This document shows positions 1 to 12,068 of a stretch of DNA of 50,284 bases, one piece after another. A model generated the notes under the pieces. The model saw nothing but the letters and a program-made list of their open reading frames with translations. It did no database searches and was not told the DNA's origin. The DNA is from Chromera velia. Its lineage: Eukaryota. Both the position numbers and the translations under genes were made by a program. How positions within the stretch are numbered: the stretch's first letter is position 1; the number at the start of each line of letters is the position of its first letter. The DNA lies in the NCBI GenBank assembly GCA_018398765.1, contig JAHBMJ010000340.1:1-50284 (forward strand). The letters run 5' to 3'.

Positions 1-490
1 GGGGGGGGGGGGGATGATGATGACGGGTTCGTTCGACTTCCAATGCTGGTTTTCCGGCTTCGTTTCCTTCCTTCCATCTGCCTCCCTCCTAGCTCTCTCA
101 GTTCCTTCTTCACGATATTTCTGGCATTTGCGCCTGGACGTTTGGCCTTTGTGCTTGACGGGTGCGTGCGTGTCAAGTAAGTCGTGAGACAACGACCGCG
201 AATGCAGGAAAGAGGGCAGCCGCTCTTTTTTCTCTTTCGTCTCAGTGGGTCCATCGGGGACTGGCTCCTTTCAAGCCTTCTCTCCTCGCCCCCTCTGAAA
301 CAGCATAGAATTATTAAACAGAGAAAGCGAGATCAAGGTAATTTCTTTCTAGCTTCGCTCTGGAACATTCGTCCCACTCACTTATTGTGTGTGAGTCAGT
401 TGTTTTGTTTATGTCTTTACACATGCATGCTGCAACACTTCTACTGTCCCCTACGCAACGGAATGTGTTTGTTTCCCCACCTATCTTCAG

Positions 491-612
491 CACCTCCACG
501 GAAAGGAGCTCGAGCACCCCTTCATCCCTGGAAGGAAAATGGTCATTGTCACAGACCCAGAACTGGTCGACATGAACTTCGGAACAGGTCTGTCTGTCTG
601 TTTGTCTGTTTC

Positions 613-655
<43 letters not shown>

Positions 656-3600
656 GTCTGTTTGTCTGTCTGTCTTCGATTGTCCGAATGTTGTTTTCTT
701 GTTTTTTTTTTGTTTCAAAAGGAAAAAGAGGGAAAAATAAAAAAAAAAGTCAGACAGTCTTTCTCTTTGTGTCTGCCTTGGTCTGTCTGTCTGTTTGGCG
801 GTCTGTGGGGTGGGAGGGGTGATATATCTGCACGCAAACATTCACAACGGAAAGAGCAGAAGAAACGTCATTCGCTCGAGCTTGTCTGTCGAACTTTGCC
901 CCCACCTCACCTGCGGCACAAACATGACTCCTTTGCAAAGATAGTAACGTGTGTGTGCGTGTGTGTGTGTGTGTGTGTGTACTTGTATGTGTGAGCGCAC
1001 CTTCCCATGCCCCGGTCATGCATGCATTGCCAAGGGAATGAGTGCAGGCGCTGTGAAGATCACCCCTGCCCATGACCCGAACGATTACGAGTGCGGGAAG
1101 AAGCACAACCTGGAGTTTATCAACATCCTCACAGAGGACGGCAAGATCAATGAGAACGGAGGGGAAATGTTCAAGGGAATGCATCGGTTTGAGTGCAGAT
1201 TGCAGATCATCGAGGCTCTCACTAACAAGGTCGGTGGGTCGGTCGGTTTCTCCTTCGCTTGACAGGGCAGTTCATTTGTTTGTTTGGTGCCTCTCTCGGT
1301 TGAGTAACTGGTTTGTTTTCAGCATCTGATGGAGAGACTGGAGTCCCTCTAATCTTTGTGGCAGTGTGTGAGAAGGTTGTTTTGTTTCTGCCTTTCACTT
1401 CAAGGGTTCCTTACCTCACTCGGCCACGGCGTCGGCGAGCACGCGCAGCGCGAGTGCCGTCCTGCCGCAAGTGATGAAGGGAGTAAGTGGCACGAACACA
1501 CACACGCGTGGGGGGATGTAGAGGACGTCTCTAGTTGCATTTTGTCTGCCTGCCTGCCTGCGGGACTTGGTCGTGCCCCAAGGGAATGCGGTGACGATCG
1601 CCCTTTGTTGTTTTTGTTTTATGTCTCCGTCTTCTTCTGGCTGTCTGTCTGTTTGCAGGGTTTGTTCGTCAAAAAGAGCGCCAACCCCATGAGACTCGGG
1701 AAGTGTTCTCGAACGGGCGGTAAGTTGCTCTTCTCTCTCTCCATTCCTGTGCTCGTTTTTTCAGGTCCGGGGAAGAGACCGTCTGCACCTTGTACAAGAA
1801 AATGTGCTCAGACGTCCTGAAACAAAGTGGAGAAGCGGCACGAAAGAGATGGTGCATGGGAGTGTTGGGAGAAGTCATGCCTGCATGCACCTCTGTACGC
1901 TCATGAGTGCGTTGCTGGCATTTTTGTGCGCTTCTGTGGGTCGACAGTCCCCTGCATCCCCTCACACCCACGTGTGCCTGTGTGAATGAATGTGTCGTGC
2001 ATGTGCATGCAGACATCATTGAGCCTATGTTGATCCCCCAGTGGTGGGTGGACTGCAAGGACATGGCCAGGAGGTCAGTCAGTGAGTCAGTGAGTAAGTC
2101 AGTGCACAAGTCAGACAGAGGGACAGAAAGCGAGAAGAAGTTGTGGACTGGTGAAGGGAGGGAGGGGGGGAGGAGGGGAGCCGGGGAGCTGTGCGCAGGC
2201 AGGGTGTCTTTCGTTTGCTCCAAGTTGTTGAATTTGATTCAGACAGACAGACAGACAGACAGACAAGGCATAAATTACGAGTTGCCGTCTGACTGCTCTC
2301 GCACCTGCCCGCCTGCCTGTCTTTCTGTCTGTTTGCTTGCTTATCTGTCTATGAATACCTGACTGGTTTGTTGTGCAGATCCGTTGAGGCTGTCCGGAAG
2401 GGGGACCTGAAGATCGTTCCGTCCCACCACGAGCAGACGTGGTACAACTGGCTGGAGAACATCAAAGACTGGTCGGTCGGTCGGCTTGGGTGTGGTGTCC
2501 TTGCTTTTTTGTACATAGAAAGAGACACAGGCAGGTAGACTGGCAGACAGGCAGTTGGGCGAGGTTCCAAAATGCTTCCTGACGGTGCATCCTTCGTGAT
2601 CGATCAATCTTGGCCTGCTCTCTCGGCCTTAGGCGTCTGCCTTGAAAGCGATGCATCACCTTGTCTGTCTGTCTGTGTGGCCCTACAGATCTTCTCTCAG
2701 TACTGACAACAAAAAGCAACGGTTCAGTTCCTGACTCTCTTTTCCTCTTCTCTCTTTTCAGTTTCTGCTCTGCTGGAAAGAGCTGGACTTCTTCCTTGAT
2801 TGTTCCTTTTGTTTGTATGTTTATTTCCTCCTCCCTCCCTCCCTGCCTCCAGGTGTGTCTCCAGACAGCTCTGGTGGGGTCACAGAATTCCTGCCTACAA
2901 GGTCGTTGAACCCGCGCCCTCCTCTGTAGAAGAGACCGTGTGGGTCGTAGGAAGATCGAAAGAGGAAGCCGAGGAGAGAGCGAAGCAGAAGACGGGAGCG
3001 GCGTCGGTGAAGATTGAGCAGGACGAGGACGTGCTAGACACGTGGTTTTCTTCCGGTCTCTTCCCCTTCTCTGTGTTCGGGTGGCCTGACCAGACAGAGG
3101 AGTTGGACGCGTTCTTCCCGACTTCCCTTTTGGAGACAGGTCCGTCGGTCGGTCGTTCGGTCAATGGGTGAAGGAGTGGAAGGGTAAATCGACGAGTTGT
3201 TGGGGGGTAATGGGGTGTGTGCCCCCAAAATTTGTCCTCATGTGAACCATGAAGGAGACCTTATTTCCTTCTGCAAGTTGCCAACTGAAATTCCTGAGGA
3301 AGACAGAGACACAGGTTCTGGTGCCAAAGAGACTTCGGTCGAAATTATGCCGACAGACTCAGACTGAGGGATGATGTATCAAAAGAAAACCTCTCTGCTG
3401 GTTACACAGTTTTCCCGACTCCTTGGTGATGCGTGTCCCCTCCCTCCCTCTCTCCCTCTCTCGATCGATCGATCATGCAGGTCACGACATTCTCTTCTTC
3501 TGGGTCGCCCGCATGGTGATGATGTCCCTCCAGTTGACCGACAGACTGCCCTTCCACACCGTCTACCTGCACGCAATGGTGGGTGGGTAGGTGGGCAGGT

Positions 3601-5400
3601 GGGCAGGTGTGTCTGCCGTGAGGTTGTCAAGAAGCGGGGTTTTTTTTTCTCACGAATTCCCTGGCACGAGATTCATTTGGGCTCATCTTTCGGGGCCCTC
3701 TCTCTTCGTTGTTTCTCGAAGGTGTTTGTCGGCTACCTGCATGTGCCTGCAGGTCTCTCTACTTGTCTCTCTGCACAGCGCTTTTTTTGGAATACAAATA
3801 GGGGCGAAGAACCTATAACAAATCGCTTTTCACATTGCCGCACATACACACCACGTCGCAGAGAGAATGGCCATTGGACTGAAGAGAAGTTTGTTTCTGC
3901 ATGGATCGATGGATGGGTTGACTGATGAATGGATGCGCTCTCATACACACGCACTCTCTCTCTCTCTCTCTCGGTGCAGGTCCGGGACAGACATGGCAGA
4001 AAAATGTCCAAATCTCTCGGGAATGTGATTGACCCTCTGGAAGTGATCAACGTCAGTCTGTCTGTCTGTTTGATTGTGGCACTGGAAAGAGAGGAGGATG
4101 CGCTTTCTTGTTCCTTGCAAGTGTTTCGTGGACAGAAAGATTACAGTCGTTCCTTGGCATGTTTTGTTTTTTCTCTTGCTCCTTCCGTCTCCCCCTGAAT
4201 CGTTTGATTTGAGAAAGACAGACAAAGGACAGTCGTCGGATCGCGACTCACTCATGTCTCAATATGACTCTAAGATAAACACTTTCCCTTCGCCTGCCCT
4301 CTTTCTTTCGTTGCTTCTTTCGTGGGTCCCTCCCTGGGTGTGCTTTTAGGCTGGACCTCTGCGTCTCTGTCCTTCCCTCCTTCTGTCCCGGCTGCCTGAC
4401 GCCTCGTGTTCTCAGAGGTTGCCCCGGCACGTGGTTCGATCGAAGCCCGCCATGCTCATGTTTTCTTTTCCCTTTCTGCCTGCACGTGCTGCATACATGC
4501 AGGGAATAGTTCTTGATGGGCTCCTACAGAAGCTGAAGGAAGGAAACCTTCCTCAGAAGGAGGTGGGTCTGTCTGTGCGTTTCCCTACCTCCCTCAGTCA
4601 AGGATCGCATCTTTGAAGAAAAGCAACGGAGGATTGTTTACTCGTGTTCGGGCCGTGGACGTGTGTGTATGTATGTGGGATTGCGTGTTTCTTTTTAGTA
4701 CGGGTATGCGCGGGCATGTACGCGTGTATGTTTCTTTTTTGTTCTCTGCGAGCTAGATAGGGGGTTCGGTGATAAACAACTCGGTTGACGCTGCAGGCCG
4801 CATGGCAACGGAAAGCGAGACTGAGTGCGTGAGAAAGATGGCAAGGACCTTCCGTCATACCGCCAGACGGACAGACGACCGCAGGATAGACAGACAGACA
4901 GATGGACTGAGAAGGCGAGGATAAACAAACCTGTTTGTGTCTTTGTGTTCCTATGTGTGTTCTTGCCGTGTATTCATGTGCGCATTTGTTGACGCGCATC
5001 CCATTGACTGCTCTCTCTCTCTTTTGTTGATGATTAAAAAAAAAAAAAACAGATCAAGGCAGCGGAGCTCCTGATGAAGGACGACTTCCCGAACGGAATC
5101 CCGGAGTGCGGAGCTGATGCCCTCAGATACGGCCTTCTTGCTTACACAAAACAGGGTGGGTAGTGGCTCTGTCTTTCTTTCAGCGAATGAGTGTTCCTGT
5201 TGGGGGGGAGGCTTGTGGCTGTGCTTCATTAGTGGTCGATTTTTTTTTTGCGGGGGGGNNNNNNNNNNNNNNNNNNNNNNNNNNNNNNNNNNNNNNNNNN
5301 NNNNCTGGTTTTTGATTCTGAAGCCCATGATTGTATGAATGCATTTTTCCATGAAGAGTGTAACTCCTTATAGACGAGGTGCGTCTCTGTTGAAGCAGCA

Positions 5401-5437
<37 letters not shown>

Positions 5438-6974
5438 GTGAGTGCGTTGTACTGCAGGTCGGAGCATCAATCTGGACGTGAATCGCGTCGTTGCCTATCG
5501 TTTCTTCTGCAACAAGTTGTGGAACGCGACCAGATTTGCACTGATGAAATTTCCTGAGGGCTTCAGAGCGAGGGGTGTGGAGACTGCGGCTGTGTGTGGA
5601 AGCTCAAAGTCGGAGAAGGGGGTCCTCGACTGGGCAGACAGATGGATCCTCCATAGACTGTCTGCGTGCTGTGGAGCTACCAACAAGGCCATCGAAGAAT
5701 TCCAATTTGCAGACGCCGTGCAGGCCACGTACAACTTCTGGCTGTATGAATTTTGTGACTTTTACCTGGAGATCATCAAGCCTGTTTTCCGTAAGTCTTT
5801 CTTTTCTTGTCACCGTCGATCCTTCTTTTTGCTTTTCATTGCATGGCGCATGCAGCGATGCCACTGGTGTCACAAAGTGTTGTGGTTTGGTTGTTGCTTT
5901 TCCTTTCCTTTGTTCTTGGTCTTTTGTGAATTCTGTCAGCCAACAGGTCGATCGGCTATGCCCCCTCTCTCCTGTCTGGAAATTGCAATGCGTTTGCCGT
6001 CCTTTGCTTCAATGAAAGTCTTTGCGTGTCCCCAGTCCATCACTTTCTTTCATCAGAAAAGCTTCAATGAAGGTCTTTGTGTGTCCCTCGTCCATCACTT
6101 TCTTTCATCAAAAAGGCTTCAATGAAGGTCTTTGTGTGTCCCCAGTCCATCACTTTCTTTCATCAGAAAAGCTTCAATGAAGGTCTTTGTGTGTCCCTCG
6201 TCCATCACTTTCTTTCATCAGAAAAGCTTCAATGAAGGTCTTTGTGTGTCCCTCGTCCATCACTTTCTTTCATTAGAAAGGCTTCAATGAAGGTCTTTGT
6301 GTGTCCCTCGTCCATCACTTCTTTCATCAGAAAGGCTTCAATGAAGGTCTTTATGTGTCCCTCGTCCATCACTTCTTTCATCAGAAAGGCTTCAATGAAA
6401 GTCTTTGTGTGTCCCTCGTCCATCACTTTCTTTCATCAGAAAGGCTTCAATGAAAGTCTTTGTGTGTCCCTCGTCCATCACTTTCTTTCATCAGAACGGC
6501 TCCTTCCTGCGATTTATCTCTCTTTCTCTGTCTGAAGAGAAAAAGTCAAAAAAAGAAGAGAAGACCTTCTCTGTCAACCATCTTTCTGTTTCTCAACATA
6601 CCCGCTGCCTGCGTGTCTGCCCGCCTGCAGAGACGACAGACACGAGCGAAGCAGCAGAGAGCCGCAAGAGAGGCACGCTGGAGGTCCTCTACTGCTGCCT
6701 GGACAGGGGTCTGAGGCTGCTGTGCCCTATGATGCCCTTCGTGACCGAGGAGCTCTACCAGCGTCTCCCTCCCAGCGCCTGGAAGAGAGACTCCATTTGC
6801 ACTGCCGACTTTCCCCTGGAGGTCGTTGCATGGACAAACACCCGGGCTGACGTCAGTCAGGCAGGGAGGGAGGGAGGACGCGTATATGCAGATTTGCATG
6901 CATGAGGCCATTTTTTTCATTCTTTCCATCATCACGTAGCCACGCAGCCTCCTGTGCGTCGGTTGTTATTTTCA

Positions 6975-7008
<34 letters not shown>

Positions 7009-7525
7009 AATGAATTGTGTGATGGCCTTGAAAGGGAGTGACAGGAAAATAGAAAAGTTTTGAAAAAGGAGAGAGGCGAAAAACGCGCGGGCAAAGGGAA
7101 AAATCATAATTCGAGGCAGACAGAGTCCGCTGGCGGATGGATGCACAAGTGGGCTTGCGGATCAGAGAGTGATCAGAGAGGGAACCCCAAATCGCCTCTC
7201 TCTCTGTGTGTGTGTGTGTGTGTGTGTGTATGAAGTGGAGTCAGTCAAGTTCCGTTCATGTCTTTCCCCCCAATTCTCGCATGGGACAGGCAGAGTTCCG
7301 TTCCATTCTCTGTCAACCTTTGTAGTAACGTCCTTGTGATCTGTTCTGTTCTGTTCTGTTCTCTGTCTGGCTGGTTGCATGGGTTTAGTTGCTGCCTGGT
7401 TGTTGTTGCAGGACGAATTCCGTCTGTTCTCCGCGGTGGTCAAACACTTTCGGGCTCTCCAGGTCTGTCTGTCTCTCTGTATCTATCTGTCTGTCTATCT
7501 ATCTGTCAATCTGTCTATCTGTCTA

Positions 7526-7560
<35 letters not shown>

Positions 7561-8574
7561 GTCTGTCTATCTATCTGTCTGTCTACCTATCTATCTGTCT
7601 GTCTATCTATCTCTCTATCTGTCTATCTGTCAGTCTGTCTGTCTGTCTATCTATCTGTCTGTCTGTCTATCTGTCTGTCTGTCTACCTATCTATCTGTCT
7701 GTCTGTCTGTCTATCTATCTCTCTGTCTATCTATCTGTCTATCTCTCTGTCTGTCTGTCTGTCTGTCTATCTGTCTATCTATCTATCTGTCTGTCTGTCT
7801 GTCTATCTATCTGTCTGTCTATCTATCTATCTGTCTGTCTATCTGTCTGTATCTATCTATCTGTCTATCTATCTGTCTGTCTGTCTGTCTCTGTCTATCT
7901 GTCTATCTATCTATCTGTCTGTCTGTCTGTCTGTCTGTTTCTCTGTCTGTCTGTTTCTCTGTCTGTCAATGTGCGTCTCGCTACGTCTTCCCTCTCCCCA
8001 CCCCGCTCTTCTTTCTCCCCTTTCTCTGCCTCAACCCTTTTTCTCTGTGTCTTTTTCTCCCCCCCCCCCNNCCCTCTCTTTCTGTATGTATGTATGTTAA
8101 TCTTTTAACTCTTCGCAGGCAAGGTCAGCTTCTGCCTTTCTTCTTTCTTGAGCTCCAGGTCGGGGGACTGCTTATTCTTTGTCCCTTTCTCAGCCATTCA
8201 TTCATTCATTCTTTGTTTCACGCCTGGTCATGGTCTGCTCAGGTCTCCCTGGACCTCCCACCGAAGGAACGTCCTGACGGAATCGCAGGACACAGAGACC
8301 CCGCCTTCCGGGCCTTCCTGTCCCAAAGGGCGGCAGACATCTCCACTGTCTCCAGAATGGGTATCGTGAGGGTCCTCTGGGAGGGCGGAGAGGGGGAGGG
8401 GAGCATGCCGTCTGAAGGCCCAGGGGCGGGTGCAGACAGCGGAGAGCTGGGGAAGTGCGTGAAGGATGTCGTGAGCGATCAGGTCGGAATTTTGAGGGTC
8501 GTGCTCAGTAGGCTGTGCGCGTGTGCGTGCGTGTGCGCGTGAGTGCCTTTTGTGTATGCGTGTACCTGTGTGTG

Positions 8575-8610
<36 letters not shown>

Positions 8611-8635
8611 GTGCGTGTGTGTGCGTGTGTGCGTG

Positions 8636-8666
<31 letters not shown>

Positions 8667-9773
8667 ATGTGTATGTGTGTATGTGTGTGTGCGTGCGTGT
8701 CTGTGTGTGCAAACAATCCTCTTCGCATCTACACCGCTCTCATACTCTCGTTTCTTTTCATTTTTGTTTATTTGTTTTTCGCTGCCGCCTCTGGCTGCTC
8801 TCTCTGCCTGTGCATGCATGCAGTGTGATGTCTTTTTGGATTGCTCTGGAATGACCAACCTCGGCCAGACGGTTTCGCGAATCGCCAAGAAGATTGAAAC
8901 TGCAGAGAAAAGCGTCAGTCAGTCTTCGAGTGAGTGAGTGAGTGAGTGAGTGAGTGAATTAAGTGGGCGTCCTCCACTCTGATGTTCGCCTTCGAGTTCC
9001 GCAGAGTCAGTCGTGTGAGTCAGTTAGTCAGTAAGTCAGTCAGTCAGTCGGTCAGTCAGTATGTTGTGTGGTTAGTGTGACTTTCTCCTTTTTGTTCGGG
9101 ATGCCATGTGGGGCTGCCTGTGATCACCAGGAGTTGGGGTCGTTCCTCTACACTTCCTTTTGGCAGTGGGAGGCAAGGGAAGAAGGAAATCGTGCCAGCA
9201 GCCGCAGAATGATGACAAAAGAGATACGCTACCTTTTGCTTACCAGGATCTGATCATCCTTTGATCGACTCCTCGGATGCCGACGCACTCTCCCGCCGTT
9301 TCTGACTGCTGCGGTCTTTCTGGCACTCAACGCACTTCAGAGAGAAAGAAAGAAAGAAAGAAAGAAAGAAAGGAAGGAAGGAAGGAAAGAAAGAAAGAAA
9401 GAAAATCTCGGAGGGAGGACCTAGCTTTTGGTTTCCTCTGATTGATCTCTGTATGGAGGGAGCCAGGAAAGAAGGACCTCACGGGACGATGAGGCCCTCC
9501 CTCCCTCACCGTCTGTGATGGGGGGCTCTAGCGGGGGTCCAAGAAGAGAAAAGCAAATGTGGGGAACAAAACTACAGGGTGTCAGGCAGAGAGGAAGGAA
9601 GCAGTGTGTTGATGCACAAGCGCGTGATTTGTATCGATACCCTCCCTTCCTCCCCGGATGGATTTCTCTCCTCATCTTATGAAATGCAGTCGACATCCTA
9701 TTAGACGTTCAGCTGTTTTTTGTTGTCGTTATGTCTGTCTTCTTTCTTTCTTTCTTTCTTTCTTTCTTTTTTT

Positions 9774-9805
<32 letters not shown>

Positions 9806-10974
9806 TTCTTTCTTTCTTTCTTTCCACCAACGAAGAATGAATCTGATCTTTCTTTGTATGAACCGATGACGATGAATGAGGAAAGGGACCAAACCTGCCG
9901 ATCAAGGCTAGGCATCCCAGTGAGCTGTCACGCACTCAAAGAGAGAGAGTATTGATTGATTGATTGATTGCCCTCACGAATGAATGAATGAATGCAGTTG
10001 GCGTCATACCAGAAGAAGGCCTCGATCCCGGACTACGAGACGAAAGTCCCGGAGGACGTAAGGCAGATGAACGCAGAGAAAATGGCCACCCTCACGGAGG
10101 AACTCGCAGGTAAGTGAGTGAGTGAGTGAGAGAGAGAGAGAGGAGGTGGAGGGCGGAGGGAAGGAAGGAAGTGCACAGACAGACAGACAGACAGACCTGT
10201 ATGCATGCCTATTTTTGCTTTCAGTTTTTCCTCAGAGAACGTTGTTCAGTGCAGAACAAAATTATGCATCAAGAGATGAGTGAAAGCGTTTTCCTTCCTG
10301 AACCAGACTGACGTCGTGCCTTTGGCACGGAGAGAATCGCGAGAAGTACTGGAGGGAAGGTCACATGATTGCGTGTATGTGGATGGATGGATAGATGGCG
10401 AAGGGGCCTGTAGATCTCGCGGAGGTGTAGGGAGAGTAGAACAGACAGAGATTCTCTCTCTCTTGGGGGCATGAGGCGTGTCGCGTCGCTGATTTGGAGA
10501 GGGACACACCAGCTGCATCCATGGGAGGATCGATGCACCCATCATCGTCGTCATCATGTAGTCGGCAGGCATGCACATGCATGCATGCATGTTTGTAGTG
10601 ATGTCACGGTGATACTTCAGAGATCGATCGATGCTCGGATGTGAAGCACTTCACCCCCCGAAATCCGCATGACATCCTGTCTCTGTCTCACTGTCTGAGG
10701 TCTCTTTTGAATGAGGGGAAGACATGTGCAGTAGATCCGTTCACACTAAAGATGAGTGGGTGGGGGGGTGAACATCGATCATTTTCGAAAGGATTGCTGC
10801 ATTGTTGCTTGAAGCGGTTCTCTGTTGACTCGCTGCGACTGTCCCTGTAAGTGTGAAATCCGTTTCATCGCCCGTATGATTCTTGCAGGCCTTCGGGGAG
10901 CAAAGGAGAATCTCGACAGAATCATTGCGGCTGCAGGAGCAGGAACAGGGGCACCTAACGGGTCTCCTGCATAA
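491..10974 (+). CDS. VARS: Valyl-tRNA synthetase (class Ia), 5'-partial, 17 exons in window, ~748 aa
   Basis: Hand-spliced GT-AG exons with consistent phases: 491-587, 1048-1229, 1659-1719, 2013-2073, 2379-2471, 2853-3139, 3481-3578, 3980-4051, 4503-4562, 5053-5155, 5458-5790, 6631-6851, 7412-7462, 8243-8482, 8824-8913, 9998-10109, 10889-10974 (TAA 10972-10974). ValRS motifs: [82 protein letters not shown] (KMSKS), [42 protein letters not shown], and the C-terminal coiled-coil arm ([16 protein letters not shown]). The HIGH motif and N-terminus lie upstream of the window. Confidence 0.97.
6006..6495. repeat. Intronic minisatellite, 9 x 54-55 bp
   Basis: Unit GCTTCAATGAAGGTCTTTGTGTGTCCCTCGTCCATCACTTTCTTTCATCAGAAA(A/G), starting at 6006, 6061, 6116, 6171, 6226, 6281, 6335, 6389 and 6444. 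Lies in the ValRS intron 5791-6630. Confidence 0.95.
7463..7966. repeat. Compound (TCTG/TCTA)n microsatellite beginning at a splice donor
   Basis: About 500 bp of GTCT/ATCT tetramers starting at the GT donor at 7463. Confidence 0.95.
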
Positions 10975-11589
10975 TCAGCACGGAGTACAAGAACCTCTGC
11001 GAAACAGTTGTTTCCTGTGCAGTTCTTCTCTGACACGTCATTGTTTCTTTCATGGTTTTTTAGACAGATCAACACGGTCTGCATTGGGTTCGCACCAGAG
11101 TGGAAACGCTGGGAAGAAAGCAAAAGAAGGAGGGCAGTACAATATAGTTTCGTACACTCCATTGAAGTAGTATAGATTTGAAGAACAATGAGTTCAATCA
11201 CTAAAAAAATTTTTTTTTTAGTGTTTCTAGAAGTGTTTGCTTACCTAGTTGCTCACTCAGAAATCAAAAGAGAAATTTAATGCTTATATTGTATTAATTG
11301 TATTGTTGCGGTTAAAACCAGTGAGCCACCCTAGGAGCTACTACTTAGGCTCTGGCCAACCGGGGCATGACATGCAAGTTCTGTTCATATCCATTCACCT
11401 AGAGTGAGAACTTAGAAGGGCATTTGAAGGCGCTCGCAACATCAATTAAGGCGGCCCATGCATGACACCCAGTGTTAAGCGGCACTATTTGATCTCAAAC
11501 ATGGCAAGCCAAGCAAGGAGAATGAATAAACGGCTCACTGTGTTTCTTCCAAAAAACTGAAAAAAAAATCACTTAGATTTAATATTTTT

Positions 11590-11886
11590 TTTCATATTCC
11601 TACCCCATATTCTTGTATATTCCTTCATATTCCTTAGTATAATTCCTACCCCGAATTCCTGCATATTCCTGTATACTCCTTCATATTCCTATATCTAATA
11701 TATTTTTTATTAAATTCCTGCTGCTTTAATTTTCTATTTTACAGGAAATTAATTTTTTACTAATAATTCCTATTAATTTTGACCTGTAGATTCCTACTTC
11801 ATATTCTATCATATTCCTGCATAATCCTACAAATTCCTTCATATTCCTACCTAATATTCCTGCATATTCCTTTCATATTCCTACCT
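11590..11886. repeat. Degenerate array of (C/T)ATATTCCT motifs in AT-rich DNA, possibly transposon subterminal repeats
   Basis: Many copies of ATTCCT (e.g. CATATTCCTACC, CATATTCCTGCA, TATATTCCTTCA) at roughly 10-13 bp spacing. Confidence 0.7.
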
Positions 11887-12010
11887 CAAAGTTTCAGGGG
11901 TGATATCAGAAGAGGTCAAAAACTAACATAACAAGTATCGGCCTGAAAACCATGCGTAGAACCAAGAAGGACATGTGTTCAAATTGAATTTAAAAAGGCT
12001 GTAGTACCTA

Positions 12011-12068
12011 GCGATTTTAAATAAGCAACCCCCCATCACCCAAAAGAGTGCATCTCTTTACTTTCAAA
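12011..12068. repeat. 58-bp direct repeat, copy 1
   Basis: GCGA(T/C)TTTAAATAAGCAACCCCCCATCACCCAAAAGAGTGCATCTCTT(T/C)ACTTT(C/T)AAAG. Copy 2 is at 14317-14374 with 3 differences, all C/T. Confidence 0.92.

Noticed and set aside
5259..5304. N run inside the ValRS gene as a possible missing exon
   Set aside because: The flanking exons (5053-5155 and 5458-5790) join in phase as ...AYTKQG-RSINLD..., as expected for ValRS, so the gap is intronic.
6006..6495. CRISPR array or hammerhead ribozyme (minus strand has CUGAUGA..GAAA)
   Set aside because: There are no unique spacers or cas genes. Only 2 nt separate CUGAUGA and GAAA, so there is no stem II, and the would-be cleavage residue is G.
7258..8108. 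Long ORFs of SVCL/SIYL repeats (also 184-994 and 20730-21434)
   Set aside because: These are translations of stop-free TCTG/TCTA/TC microsatellites in introns or intergenic DNA, not proteins.
11199..11223. CACTA...TAGTG mini-palindrome as a CACTA element remnant
   Set aside because: It is only 25 bp, mostly A/T runs, with no 3-bp TSD.
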